Below are positions 30,343 through 44,975 of a stretch of 64,000 nucleotides of DNA, one piece after another. Origin of the DNA: the human T2T-CHM13v2.0 reference genome, Homo sapiens; assembly GCF_009914755.1 (NCBI RefSeq), contig NC_060937.1; one strand, 5' to 3'. The position numbers and the translations under genes are program-made. The stretch's first letter is position 1. The number at the start of each line of letters is the position of its first letter. The notes under the pieces were generated by a model, which saw only the letters and a list, made by a program, of their open reading frames with translations, had not been told where the DNA came from and searched no databases.

Positions 30343-32455
30343 TAGTTCCTAGTTTTTCTCACCTCTAACAGCTTTTCAGTATTAAAATTAACTAACAAAT
30401 TAAAATGAAACAAAATTAAACAAATCAAAACAAAATGAAACAAAATATCAGAATAAAGCAGCTCAAAATACACTTTCAATGTATCTCCTCCCAATCTATG
30501 TTACTCTGATGCAAAGATTAGAAAAAGTAAACTCAGGTGCTTTCATTTGTTTGTAACCATTTTAGATGTGGGTCTCTCTAGACAGAGTAAAATGATTTAC
30601 TAAAGTTAATTGTACTGCTGTAGATTATGATATTTTTCTATTTTGTTGTCTTATCATGCCTTTCAATGGGCATTGCAAATACAGCTGAGTTAGCTGCCAC
30701 ATCTCCACAACCTCTCTGGCTCTCTGCACTTTCTGCAGGGCCTTTGCCTGCTCCTGTCACACGATGAAGAGCTTCACCTGTCACCTTGGCCTCCTAGTGG
30801 AACCTGGGATCAGCCTCTTGGAGATAGCTATTCTTTTTTTCTCAGAAATATAACAGATCTGCAGTGGATTTTGGCTTCTTCCCAAAAGCTCAATTTGCCT
30901 GCAAGACCCAAATACAGAACTTTCTAACGCACCATACAATATTCTTACATTACAAGAAATATGCCCTCTGCTTTGCCCCCTGTGTTTCAAGTAAACAAGT
31001 ATATTTTGAAAGTGCACAGATAAACCAATACATCCTGGAGTCACGTCATCCTGGTTCAGGAGAGGACAGGAGAGAAGAGTTTAAAAATGTACGCATCTTT
31101 TGATTAGAAGTGGTTGAAATTTCAATGAAATCTTACTACATATGATTTTTATTCCTTCTTTCTTTGTTCCCATAGTTTTTGTGAATTAGAATCCCTGGAG
31201 ATTTTTATGAAGGGCACCTCTTTCCCTCAAATAACCTCTAGGACCAGTTAATATTCTTAAGTCAAGTGAGTCTTTGAGATTCCAGAAAACTGGGGAAGGA
31301 GTTTATAGACAAGGAAACCATCTCATCAATCCATCCATCCATCAATCATATATAGATGGAGTACATAATACTTGTGAGACTCTATGTAAACCAAAGTTTT
31401 TTTCTGTCCATAATCTTGCCTTAGGAAGAGAAATGGGTTAAAAGACACACAGACAAAGGTGTGCAAGAATCTGTTCTGAGATTCCTTTAGGTATCCCTGG
31501 ATTCTTTGCAACATAGAACTGATGTGCTTGAATTGTCTTGGTGTAGACATTTTCACTTAATCCACTTTTAGGTATTAAGAACTAGGACTATGTAGACAAA
31601 TGGATACAGACTCATAAAATATTAATTATACTAATTTACTAAAATTCGTTTGTCATTTGTGTTTATGCACATCACTAAATAAATCAGATCAAGTGTGTTT
31701 TAAGTTGTGCTTGCAGATGCCATTTCTTCATTCAGCAGGTATGTAGTGAAGACTTTGTTCTGGGCAAAGGCTGCAGATATGCTAGTGATCAAGTCAAATA
31801 GAACTTTGGCCTCATAAAATTTAGTTGTTAACCACTCAGCCTTGAAAATAAATTAGGAATTATATAACCTAATGGGTATTTTTTTAGTCCTGAAATTCTT
31901 TATAATCTACTTTGAGACATTCAAAGTATGGTAGCCTTAAGAGATAATAACTTGTAAGAAAAGAACATTCAAACCGTAACTTTATCTCAAAGGCCTCCTT
32001 CCCAAAATTTCCAAAGACCCTCAGAATAGATGTCATATTCACAGCAATGTAGATTTAAAAGACTGCTGAAAAGTATAATTATTTTTAAATTGTAAGGTTT
32101 TAAATGATAATTTGATAAGAGATGCCTTAAAATTAATGCCTTCAAATTGATGGGATAGGCAAAAATCGATGTTTAGGTACATATGTCATAAAATATGAGG
32201 TATTTATAAAATAAAAGTTACACAATGGAGTGGACATTCAAGATCAGCAGGCTTCTCCATTCTCCTTGGGAGCTTTACAGTTGAAGTGTGTAAATCTAAT
32301 CTAATTATGAACTAGAAAATTCTGACTTTGAGATTTGCAATATAAGTCAAGTGCTTTTCTAGCCTTGTTGTATTCTTTAAGTCACTTTATTCAATTCTCT
32401 TCTGAAACTCCTTACTGACAGAAGAACATTCTAAGTTCTGACTAAAAGAGCATGA

Positions 32456-34872
32456 TATTCCGTGGTGTACATGTGCCACATTTTCTTTATCCAGTCTGTC
32501 ATTGATGGGCATTTGGGTTGATTCCATATCTTTGCTATTGTGAATAGTGCTGCAATGAACATACACATGCATATATTGTTATAACAGAATAATTTATATT
32601 CCTTTGAGTATATACCCAGTAATGGGATTGCTGGGTAAAATGGTAATATTTCTGGTTCCAGGTCTTCGAGGAATCACCACACTGTCTTCCACCATGGTTG
32701 AACTCATTTACATTCCCACCAACAGTGTAAAAGCATTCCTGTTTCTCCACAACCTCACCAGAGTCTGTTGTTTCTTGACTTTTTAATAATTGCCGTTCTG
32801 ACTGGGATGAGATGGTATCTCATTGTGGTTTTGATATGCATTTCTCTAGAGATCAGTGATGTTGAGCCTTTTGTCATGTTTGTTGGCTGCATGTATATCT
32901 TCTTTTGAGAAGTGTCTATTTGTGTCCTTTGCCCACTTTTTAACGAGGTTGTTTTTTTCTTGTAAATTTAAGATCCTTGTAGATTCTGGATATTAGCCCT
33001 TTGTCAGATGGATAGACGGCAAAAATTTTCTCCCATTCTGTAGGTTGTCTGTTCATACTGTTGATAGTTTCTTTTGCTGTACAGAAACTCTTTAGTTTAA
33101 TTAGATGCCATTTGTCAATTTTTTGCATTTGTTGCTATTGCTTTTGATGTTTTCGTCATGAAATCGTTTTCAATGCCTATGTCCTGAATGGTATTGCCTA
33201 GATTTTCTTATAGGTTTTTTATAGTTTGGGGTTTTACATTTAAGTCTTTAATCCATCTTGAGTTAATTTTTGTATAAGGTGTAACAAAGGGGTCCAGTTT
33301 CACTTTTCTGCATATGGGAAGCCAGTTCTCCCAGCACCATTTATTAAATAGGAAATCCTTTTCCCATTTTTTGTTTCAGCCAGATTGGTCAAAGATCAGA
33401 TGGTAGTAGATGTACAGTCTTATTTCTGGGTTCTCTGTTCTGTTTGATCGGTCGATATGTCTGTTTTTGTACTAGTACCATGCTGCTTTGGTTACTGTAG
33501 CCATGTAGTATAGTTTGAAGTCAGGTAGTGTGATGCCTCCAGCTTTGTTCTTTTTGCTTAGGATTGTGTTGGCTGTGATGGCTCATTTTTGGTTCCATAT
33601 GAATTTTTAAAATGACTACTTTAAGTATTTTTATTCTAATTTTGCAAAGAATGTTAATGGTAGTTTAATGGGAATAGCATTGAATCTATAAACTACATTG
33701 GGCAATTTGGCCATTTTCATGATGTTGATTCTTCCTATTCATGAGCATGGAATGTTTTTCCATTTGTTTCTGTCCTCTCTGATTTCCTTAGGCAGTGATT
33801 TGTAGTTCTCCTTGAAGAGGTCCTTCACTTCCCTTGTTATGTTAGCTGTATTTCTAGGTATTTTATTCTCCTTGTAGCAATTGTGGATTGGAGTTCATTC
33901 ATGATTTGGCTCTCTGCCTGTCTATTGTTGGTGTATAGGAATGCTTTTGATTTTTGCATATTGATTTTGTATTCTGAGACTTTGCTGAAGTTACTTATCA
34001 GCTTAAGAAGGTTTTGGGCTGAGATTATGGGGTTTTCTAGATACAGGATCATGTCATCTGCAAACAGAGACAGTTTGAGTTCCTCTCTTCCTATTTGAAT
34101 AATTTGAATACACTCTATTTCCTTCTCTTGCCTGATTGCCCCAGCCAGAACTTCCAATACTATGTTGAATAGGAGTGATGAAAGAGGGCATCCTTGTCTT
34201 GTGCCAGTTTTCAGAGGAAATGCTTCCAGCTTTTGCCCATTCAGTATGATATTGGCTGTGGGTTTTTCATAAATGGCTGTAATTATTTTGAGATATGTTC
34301 CTTCAATACCTAGTTTATTGAGTTTTTAACATGAAAGGGTGTTGAATTTTATCAAAGGCCTTTTCCGCATTTATTGAGATAATCGTGGTTTTTGTCTTTA
34401 GTTTTGTTTATGTGATGCATTATGTTTTTTGATTTGCATATTGCATATTTGCGTATTGTATAAGGGACTTGATTGTGGCGATCATGTCACTTGCAGGGAC
34501 ATGGATGGAGCTGGATGTCACTGACCTCAGCAAACACAGGAACAGAAAACCAAACACCACATGTTTTCACTTATAAGTGGGAGCTGAACAATGAGAACAC
34601 ATGGACACAGGGAGGGGAACAATATAGCTGGGGCCTGTCAGGGGTGGGGCCGGGGATGGGATGCATGCTGGGGTTAATACCTAGGTGATGGGTTGATAAG
34701 TGCAGTAGACCACCATGGCACACATTTACCTAAGTAACAAACCTGCACATACTGCATATGTATCCTTAAAATAAAATAAAATAAAATAAAATAAAATAAA
34801 ATAAAATAGATATAGTAGAACTTAGACGGAAAATTAGTAAATAAAAAAGAAGATACCTTATAATACTTAAAA
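32456..34872. mobile_element. 5'-inverted (twin-primed) L1PA8-13-age insertion with 3' transduction
   Basis: Antisense ORF2/3'UTR at 32456-~34440, sense 3'UTR at ~34480-34767, (AAAAT)n tail, ~60 nt of unique sequence, then a second A-run. TSD AAAAGAGCATGA at 32444-32455 and 34873-34884. Confidence 0.9.
33837..34157 (-). pseudogene. L1 ORF2 reverse-transcriptase fragment
   Basis: ORF track shows [15 protein letters not shown] (L1 RT FADD motif). The surrounding frame is disrupted. Confidence 0.9.
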
Positions 34873-35759
34873 AAAAGAGCATGAACTTGGCTTTATGGGG
34901 ATCTCCATCATTAGTAGAGATAAGGTAGGAATTAAAAGTATGTTTTCATAATATACTTATCCATTTATTTTAAAAAACCTCAAATATACAAACACACTTC
35001 ATTGTTTTTAATCAAATCAAATGTTGTGAGGTGTCCAGCTTACCCTCAGTTTATGGATTAGTTTAAGATGGACTCAAATCCCATATGTCTATTTTCCTGG
35101 ACTTTCAATTATAGTATTCAAGTGTTTAAATGTTTAGTGTTTAAGGGGGAATGAAAATAATTATTAAGGTCACATTTAACAGAAAATGGTGGTTTTTCTT
35201 GGCAATAAGACTTCAAGGTTTCTATGCATTTTACAGTAAAAATAATTCAGTGAGCTTCTCAGGGTGACTTATCTGTGAATTTAATTAATGCAAATCCAAT
35301 AATGCAAACAGATTGCATAGTCCAGAAACATAAGATTGAAAATGAAAAACTCTTTTTGTAATTGCTTAACTTTAATTTTATTTTTTCTCTCTCTCCAGGA
35401 GTTTATGGCTCTTTCCCAGTTTGAAATAGTTAATTTCCCCTGAGGTCCTTAAATGTAATGAGTTGTTAACTTAGTAACTGCTAATTATAAACTATTCAGC
35501 CTTACTCAAAAAAAAAAATGAATCATTGCTGATTTCAGGCCATTTGATACATTTTAAATTCCTATCCATAAGTGATTTTATTTCTAATAAAAGGAATCAG
35601 TAGCATAGAGTGGCTATTAAAGGCTTATTGACCTTGAAGCTTTCTAACATCTATTATCCAATCTTTTCATATTGCAAAAAGTGGGCCCATGTGTTTTGCT
35701 ATGATTACACAGAATAAGCCACAGCTGTTTGTCACATATACTACCTAAGTTAAAATGAT

Positions 35760-35995
35760 AGCTCCAATTTTATTGATCTCTTATCATATGCCAGATGCTA
35801 TGCTAAACTCCTTCATATGTTACTTTCTAGTCTCACAAAGGTCAGTATTCTTACAGTACCCAGTTTAAAGGTGTGGTGACTGAGGCTCCCAATGGTTAAG
35901 TAATTCATTCAAGGGCTTATGACTATTAATGATACGATCTGGATTTCAGCCAAGTGTGCCTGAATGCAGGTGTGTCACCTCTATGGTATGCTGCC
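35760..35995 (-). mobile_element. MIR
   Basis: TGCCAGATGCTATGCTAAA...ACTGAGGCTC...GGTTAAGTAATT...CTGGATTTCA. Confidence 0.6.
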
Positions 35996-36128
35996 TTGTG
36001 CACACCAACAATTACTTAGTTATATAAGAACCCAGGTATATTCTCCTTAAGAAATTAATTCCACTCTAAATTTGCTATTCTTTTGGCTGGTCCAAACTTT
36101 ACTGACAATAAACTTCCTACAGTATCTA

Positions 36129-36514
<386 letters not shown>

Positions 36515-37394
36515 TTATTTAATAGTATGCTATAGAATAGAGTCTTGTGAGATTTTTATCATAATTGTGAAGTTAATTTACCAATGTATGTAGCATGTTT
36601 ACAGGTAATGATTTCTTTTCTGGCCTCTTCTGTGTATTCTGAGATTTCTTATTGTATCTTCTATGTTCTCATACTCTACATTTCTTTTGGGTCTAATATT
36701 TATTGCAGCTCTTCTGATACCAATATTTGGGCTTCAAAACTTTGCTAGACTATTCACCCCTCCATCAGAACAGAGTTGCATCTATATGGAAGGACACCCA
36801 CAAGGCTGATCCATCTTGTTACCCAGAGGTTTATCTGGGGTCCCTGTGAACTGTGCTTGCAGAAGTCAAAATTGGAATAGAGATTCTGCTAAAGAGATAG
36901 GTGTATTTTTTGCTTCTGGGAGGCAAGAGAGTCAGAAAGTACAGAGATAGGTAAGATGGTGACAGGAACAAGTAACAATAGAAATACATGGAGATGAATT
37001 ATTGGTGTGGCTAGGATTTTAATCTGCTGGGGGAATGAGTATTAAAGTAGGGGGAATATACTTATTGTAGGATATTTCAGAATATATCCTTTAGTTCTTT
37101 TATCAAATTATACCTGTATTCCTCTCACCTCATTCATACTCTGCCCCCATCCATAGATTCTCATAGCATGAAGACTCCCCACTACCAACCTGGGCAGAGT
37201 ATTTTCCCTAGCAGTGAATTACATCATTTAACAAAAAATATTATTGGTGGAAATACTTGGCAGGTGAAATAATCAAACACTAAGCCATTATTCGGGATCA
37301 TTTTGCAAATCATCAAGTCCGAGAGACAGCTACTAAATTGAATGCTGAAAGCACTTACTAGAACGGCAATATTTTGGCTAAAAACACAAATTTT

Positions 37395-37560
37395 ACATCA
37401 ATTTGGGCAAGTCTCCTTGTAAGCCTATTCCGTTATCAAGGAAAGGAGTAATTAAAACAATAGCAATCTCATAAGGACATTGTGAGGTTTAAATTATAAA
37501 GAGCATTAAGTGTGACATTTGGCACACAGTAAATAGTCAGTGAATGCTAATTGCCACTAT
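37395..37560 (+). mobile_element. MIR fragment
   Basis: TTGGGCAAGT...CTCATAAGG..TTGTGAGGTTTAAAT...TGGCACACAGTAAA. Confidence 0.55.
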
Positions 37561-38202
37561 AGGAAACAATAATTGGATCAGAAAAGAAAGATATAGAACC
37601 TTCTTTCCATCTAAACTTTATCTTAAGTGATTTTATTTCATAAGGTACACAATAGTAGACAATTTAACCTATATAAGACATTTCACCTTAATATGTAATC
37701 TGCATTTAAAATGTTTGCAATTTCTCTTCCGCTGTTTCTGTTATTATATTGTCTTGATTTTAGATCAAGGTGAGGAGGAGGGCAGTGGGAGATGCTGACT
37801 GTTCAGGAGAGTGGATAATATGACATATATATGGGAGACTCTGCCAAATAAATTGGAAAAATTCTATAAATAGTACTCTGAATGCTTTATGAAAGCAACA
37901 AAGCAAGTTCCTGTGTAAAAACTGCAGAAGAGTGGTGGGAAGGCATCTTTCTGAGGAGCTGCTTTAGAATACTACATAAGTTATTCTGCAAACTGTAATG
38001 GTAGTTTCACCCAGCTTTCCTTAAATTCCAAATGTATCAATCTATAAAAAGATTAACTTAATTCAAATTTATATTTTATTACATTGTTTGATTATGCTAA
38101 AAAGATGACATTTGTAAGATCCAAGGGAACTAACATGTACATTTTCCTACAGAATTATTTCCATGCTGCTATATCTTAGTTTAATGTACTTGGCTTGTCC
38201 AT

Positions 38203-38230
38203 TAATGTACAAGTCATGACTTGTACATTA
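38203..38230. repeat. Perfect 28-bp palindrome
   Basis: TAATGTACAAGTCATGACTTGTACATTA equals its own reverse complement (checked base by base). Confidence 0.97.
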
Positions 38231-38309
38231 CAGGTACATTACAGTACAAGTAATGACTTGTACAAGTAATGACTCATCTACTTGGCTTGTAAGGATGCCA
38301 TTTTAGAAA

Positions 38310-38890
38310 TCTGGATATACATACCTGTTTACTCAGCAATTCCACTCAAAGGTGTGCATGTTTATCAATGAGCACAAATATCATCAAGAGGACGGTTCAA
38401 ACATATTTATTTTAGCATTATTTGTAGTAGCCTCAAACTGAAAAATATTCAAATGTCCATTAACATTATGATGAAAATAAATTATGATATATTCACAAAT
38501 AAAAACCTACACATCAATGAAAATGAACTAGCTACAGTTGCAGTCAACCATATTTGTAAAGCTCACATATTGTTGGGCAAAAGAAGCTGAAAACAAAACA
38601 ACGCATACTATATGATTTCAGTTATAAAAATTACCCAAACTGGCAGGACTAAACTATTGCACTTAGAAATTCTTGCATGAATGGAAAAATGCAAATAAAG
38701 TAATTACCATAAATTCAGGATAATGACTATTTTTGGATGGGAGAATGCATAATGAGGACTTTTGGGGTCCTAATAAAATTCTATTTTTTTTAACTTGTTT
38801 TGTGATTACATGGTATTTCGCTTTTGCTAAATCATTAAGCTATACGTTTTTGTTTCTGTACTTTTCTATACGTATGCTATGGTTCAAGTA
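38310..38890 (+). mobile_element. Old L1 (L1ME-like) 3' end
   Basis: CAGCAATTCCACTC...AGCATTATTTGTAGTAGCC...CAAATGTCCA...CATACTATATGATTTCA. Confidence 0.65.
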
Positions 38891-39759
38891 AAACACATCA
38901 TCAGAGAAACAACTTTCAAATTTATCGAATAAACTGCTGCTGCTATCTGTTTTGTATTAGGCACCTATAACAAAACGTATTTCATTTTCACTTAGTTTTT
39001 TATTGTGTTAATGGGCTCATGATTATTAAAGAAATTAATCAGAGCTATTTAAAGCCATTATATTTATTAATTATTCTATTAGGCTATTTTAAATGCATAT
39101 GTAAGTAAGAATGACTTTGCCTTTTGTGATTTATATTACTAAAGGATGTTTCTAATATTTAAATATTGCCATCAGAAATTTTCTAAAAATTGCATTTATT
39201 TTTTATTTTTCTTTTAAAAAGCTTTGAAATTCAAATCAAGGTATCGACATTTTTTTTCGTGATACACATAGAGTTGATTCTAAACTTGTAAGAAGGATCA
39301 AGATATATTTACCGTCAGATAAGAATAATAAGGCATTTACCCCATTAGTTATTAGAAGTTACAAAGCTATGACAGTTAAGTATGGAGAACGACATATAGA
39401 AAAGTGAGGGAAATTAAAATGTAAGAGACAATTCCATGCATAAATGGATATTTGATCTATACCAGAGACGGTATTGAAAATCACTAGATAACAGATGAGC
39501 TATTCAACAAATGCTGTTGATCTTTAGGAAAATCTGTTATCCTTTAGGAAAAATGTAATTGAATCCATTTCACATTATAACCAGAAGGAATTTTAAGTAA
39601 ATTAAAGAAAAGGTGTTAAAGAAGACTATACAGTTCGAGTCTTCTTAAACTTATGGTACGTAAAACTTATTAAACAACACACAAAAAGCACAACCCGGAA
39701 AAAACAAGGTTTTAAAATTTGCTTGTATTAAATTTAAAAGTTCTGTTTCTTAAAATTTG

Positions 39760-41400
39760 TTTGAAGAAATATTTTAATAGTTATTCTAATGCAACTATGC
39801 TGCTGATGAACTGCATGGCTGAAAATGTTGGCATTTTAATCTTCATTTTTGAAACATATTTTCAATATCTTATAGTTGTTACTCCATTTATTCTAGTTTC
39901 CATTGTTTCCAATAAGAAATCTGCTATGATCTTTATCTCTGTTCCTTTGCATGTAATATATATTTTTTATTCTGACTTCACTTAAGATACTGGTGTATCT
40001 TCACTTTATCACTGGTTTTAAGTAATATGATTATGACGTTCATTCGTATACTTTTCTTTCTATTTCTTATTTTTCAGGTTTGCTGATTCTTTGGAGCTGT
40101 GGGTTTATTATTTTCTTCAAATAGAGCATTTTCCACCATTATAAAAATACCTTTCTAGTGCCCCCTTTTTTCTCCTTATCTTCTAAGACTCCAAATAAAC
40201 CTATATTTAGCTACTTGCAATTACTCTATCTTTCACTGATGGCCTGTTTATTTATTATTTTGATAGTCTCTTTTTGTTGAGGTCTCAGTTTAGTTTCTAT
40301 TACTATATATTCACACTCACTAATATTTTATTCTGTAACCTCTAATGCCATTAAGCTAATCCAATCTAATTTTTAATCTCAAATATTGTAGTGTTCCTTT
40401 CTAGAAGTTCTATGTGCATCTCTGAAATATTTTTCATTTCTCTACTGAACATGTTCAATCTTTTTCTAGCTACTTAAACATATGGAACATATTTACAATA
40501 TCTATCTTAATGCTTTTGCCTACTAATTCTCTCAGGTGTATCCTTTTTTGATTACTATTGATTGACCGATTTTTTTCTTCAATACGAGCTTTGTCATTTC
40601 TCTGCTTATTTGACAACCTATTAATTTCTGATGTGATGCAGATTTGAAAAATGTTTACCTTGCTGTGTGCTGAATAGATTTGCATGACTATAAATTTTCT
40701 TGATCTTTGTTTGGGACTTGCTTAAGCTACTTGGAAACAGCGTAGTTTTCGGTTTTTTTGTTTTGTTTTGTTTTGTTTTGTTTTGTCTTGTTTCTTTATT
40801 ATTTTTTAGCAGGAATAGAGCTGTATTTAGTCTAGGTTTAAATTTTTCTCACTACTGAGCAAGACCCTCCTTAGTAATCTAACCAATGACTACTGAGTTC
40901 TGGCTATTGGGAACAGATATTATTTCCAATCTTGTGGGTATCTTGGTTACTAATCCTTTTAGGTGGTTCTTTCTTCATTCTTGGATAATTTCCTCATGAG
41001 CATGTGCTGATGAGTACTCAACTGAATACTTGTGGGGCGGGAGGAACCTTATGCAGATCTGTGGAATTATCTTTATGTGCAGCTGTGTCTTCTCTGGTAA
41101 TCTGCCCTGCAAACTCACTATCTGGCCCTGACCAGAACCCCATTTTGTCTTCTCGGTTAGGACGATTGCTGAACTTTTCCAGGAAGCTCCCTCTCTGTGC
41201 TGCAACCCAGAAATTTTCTCTGTACAGTACACCGGTCGGTCAAAAGCCTTTCCTTGTTGGTTTCTCTTCTCTCATGGAGCAATGTCCTTCTTTATTCAAC
41301 ATCTTGAGTGCCAGTATTTCTTAAATTTTATCTCTCATTAGGTGTTTCAAGTGGGAGAGTAAATTTAGTCCCTGTTATTCTATATGTACTGGGATTTAAA
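39760..41400 (-). mobile_element. Old L1M 5'/ORF1 region
   Basis: T-rich antisense L1M ORF1-like text (GAAATCTGCTATGATC, CTAGAAGTTCTAT, CTTTGCCTACTAATTC). Confidence 0.5.
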
Positions 41401-42330
41401 GTTTGTTGTTATGCCTTGTCAATCTCCTTTAATAGGAAATAGTTTCTTACCTTCTTTTGTCTTTTATAACTTGAGTTTTTAATGTATTGGCAAATTATTG
41501 TGAAACATGTCCTTTCATTTGAATGCATCTGATATTTCCTCATGGTTACAGCTTAAAAATTATTTTATCAAGATACCACAATGGTGATGCTATGTCTTTC
41601 TCACTGAATTATATTAGAATGCATATAATGATTTCCTCTATTATTTGGAATGTTAACTTTGAACAATTAGTAAAATGGTTCCTGACAAGTTATAGCTACT
41701 ATTTTTATCTTTGTAATTAATAAATATTTTGCATGGATATAAATTAAGCCTATGGAAATATCCTAGTTTTCATTAGATTTTCAAGTAGATTTATCATTCA
41801 TTGATGATTATTTCTTAAATCAGTGATTACTATTGCTTTTTAACATTATGATTTCTTCATTTATTGCTTGGAAAGTGGGTATAAGAAAGAGGTTTCCCTT
41901 ATTTCTTTCTTTATATAAATTTTTATTAATAAAGTTATGACTTTATGTATGTAAGTGAGATTTGGCTCAAGGATTCTTTACAATTGGTTATAACTTGTTA
42001 TTATAATTACTTATTTTAATATGCAAATCATTTCATGTTTGGAGATTAGGAATCCCTTCAAGCTGACTGCCATTCATTTTTCATGTTTCCAATATTCTTA
42101 GATCACTTGCTTACTTTCTGGCATGGCGAGATTTTCAGGTTTATTTTACATTTATTTTCTCAGCTCTAACACTAGAGGCAGCATTTTCTCCAAGGAACCC
42201 TGGTTCCATTTAGCAAAGAGTAGCAGTTGGAAAAATTATCTGGTGCTACCTGTTTTCATTGCTACTAGGTCCTTTTAGTGGGTACATTTAGGAATTATAG
42301 ATGAGTAGAGATAGATAGATATGCATATTA
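41400..42330 (-). mobile_element. L1MC-type 3' end
   Basis: TTCTCCAAGGAACCCTGGTTCC...CATTGCTACT motifs typical of L1MC4/5 3'UTRs. Confidence 0.5.
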
Positions 42331-42611
42331 TATATGCACATACATCCATATCTTCTATTTCTATCTATGTATTTATTCAATTGTCATGTATGTTTTTTCC
42401 ATTTGCTCTTACTATGGAGCCTCTTATCTTTACAGAGGTTTTCAAAAGTTTTATGGATTTTGCCTTTGTCCAAGGAAGTAATTTTATTCTTCTTAAAATA
42501 TTTTCTGTGTTGTTCTAGGTTTTTTGGGGCTGCAACAACTTGCCCGATCCTGGAAACCACTAAATTGGCGTCATCATTGTCTAGTGCTATCTTTATTATC
42601 TTTTTCTTTTT

Positions 42612-43925
<1,314 letters not shown>

Positions 43926-44119
43926 AGTGTCATGTTTAAGTTAATAAGATTATGGTATATATTTCCCTTTTTGCCCTTTCATGCAGCTCTAGCTTGGCCT
44001 TTAAAACCTTGAATCTTCATTAAAAAACACCTTTAAGTATTCCCTTCTTACTTCTACTGTTTATTCTCTTCTATTCAGAGACAAACCGGTTTGGGGCAAA
44101 ATTCTCTGTTCACTGAAGG

Positions 44120-44346
44120 CAGGAGGCAGCAAATATTTTCATAAAGAGCCACATGGTACAAATTTTGGGCTTTGTATACCATCCAGTTTCTGTAGCAGTT
44201 ATTCATCTCTGACACTGCAGTGTGAAAGTAACCATAAATCATATGTAAATGAACTTATATAGCTGTGTTCCAATAAAATTTTATTTACTAAAATATGTAG
44301 CAGGTCTGAACTGGTCTGCAGACTGTATATAATTTGTTGATTCCTA
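44120..44346 (+). mobile_element. MER58A hAT remnant
   Basis: CAGCAAA.ATTTTC..AAAGAGCCA...GCTGTGTTCCAATAAAATTTTATTTAC. Confidence 0.75.
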
Positions 44347-44524
44347 ATCTAAAACATTCTGAAATTTGTATTTCTTAAGAACTTTGTTTCTATGCAAGCA
44401 TAATTCCTCAAATTAGGGCTTCACTACTATAAGATTTCTTTAATAATATTTTGGACCTTCAGAATAATTATAAATTTCCTTTAGTATTCCTGCTGTCATA
44501 TATCCAGATGGAAGCTTTATATCC

Positions 44525-44975
44525 TAATTTTGTTAAGATATGCTAAGCTTGTATAACAGAGTTCTCAAAAAAAAGTGTCTCAAATAATATTGAAGTTGAT
44601 TGTTCTTTCTCCTAAAAGTCTGAGATGAGTGTTTGAGGAGGGTGGGTTCCACATAGTAATTCAGGGACCCAAAGTGTTGCTGGAATTGTTATCCCCTATG
44701 CATGGCTTCTAGAGATGCTGTGGTAGTCATAACGTCAGTCAGGAGAGAAGGCAGAGGGATGTCTGGCCTAGGCACACTCATGCTTTTACCTTGCCCCAAA
44801 GATGGCACCCATCCCTATACTCACATTGGAATATAGCTTAGTTGGAAATGGCTTAGTCCTATGACCAAAATCAATTGCAGGAGATACTGAAGGATGTAGT
44901 ATAGCCACATCCCCTGCTATATGATTTCACTACTATGAAAAAGTAGATAATAGATTTCAGTGGACATAGCATCTC
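44525..44975 (-). mobile_element. MLT1 (MaLR) LTR, decayed
   Basis: CTAAGCTTGTATAACA...ATTCAGGGACCCA...CTCACATT...GCTTAGTC.ATGACC...TGCAGGAG. Confidence 0.5.
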
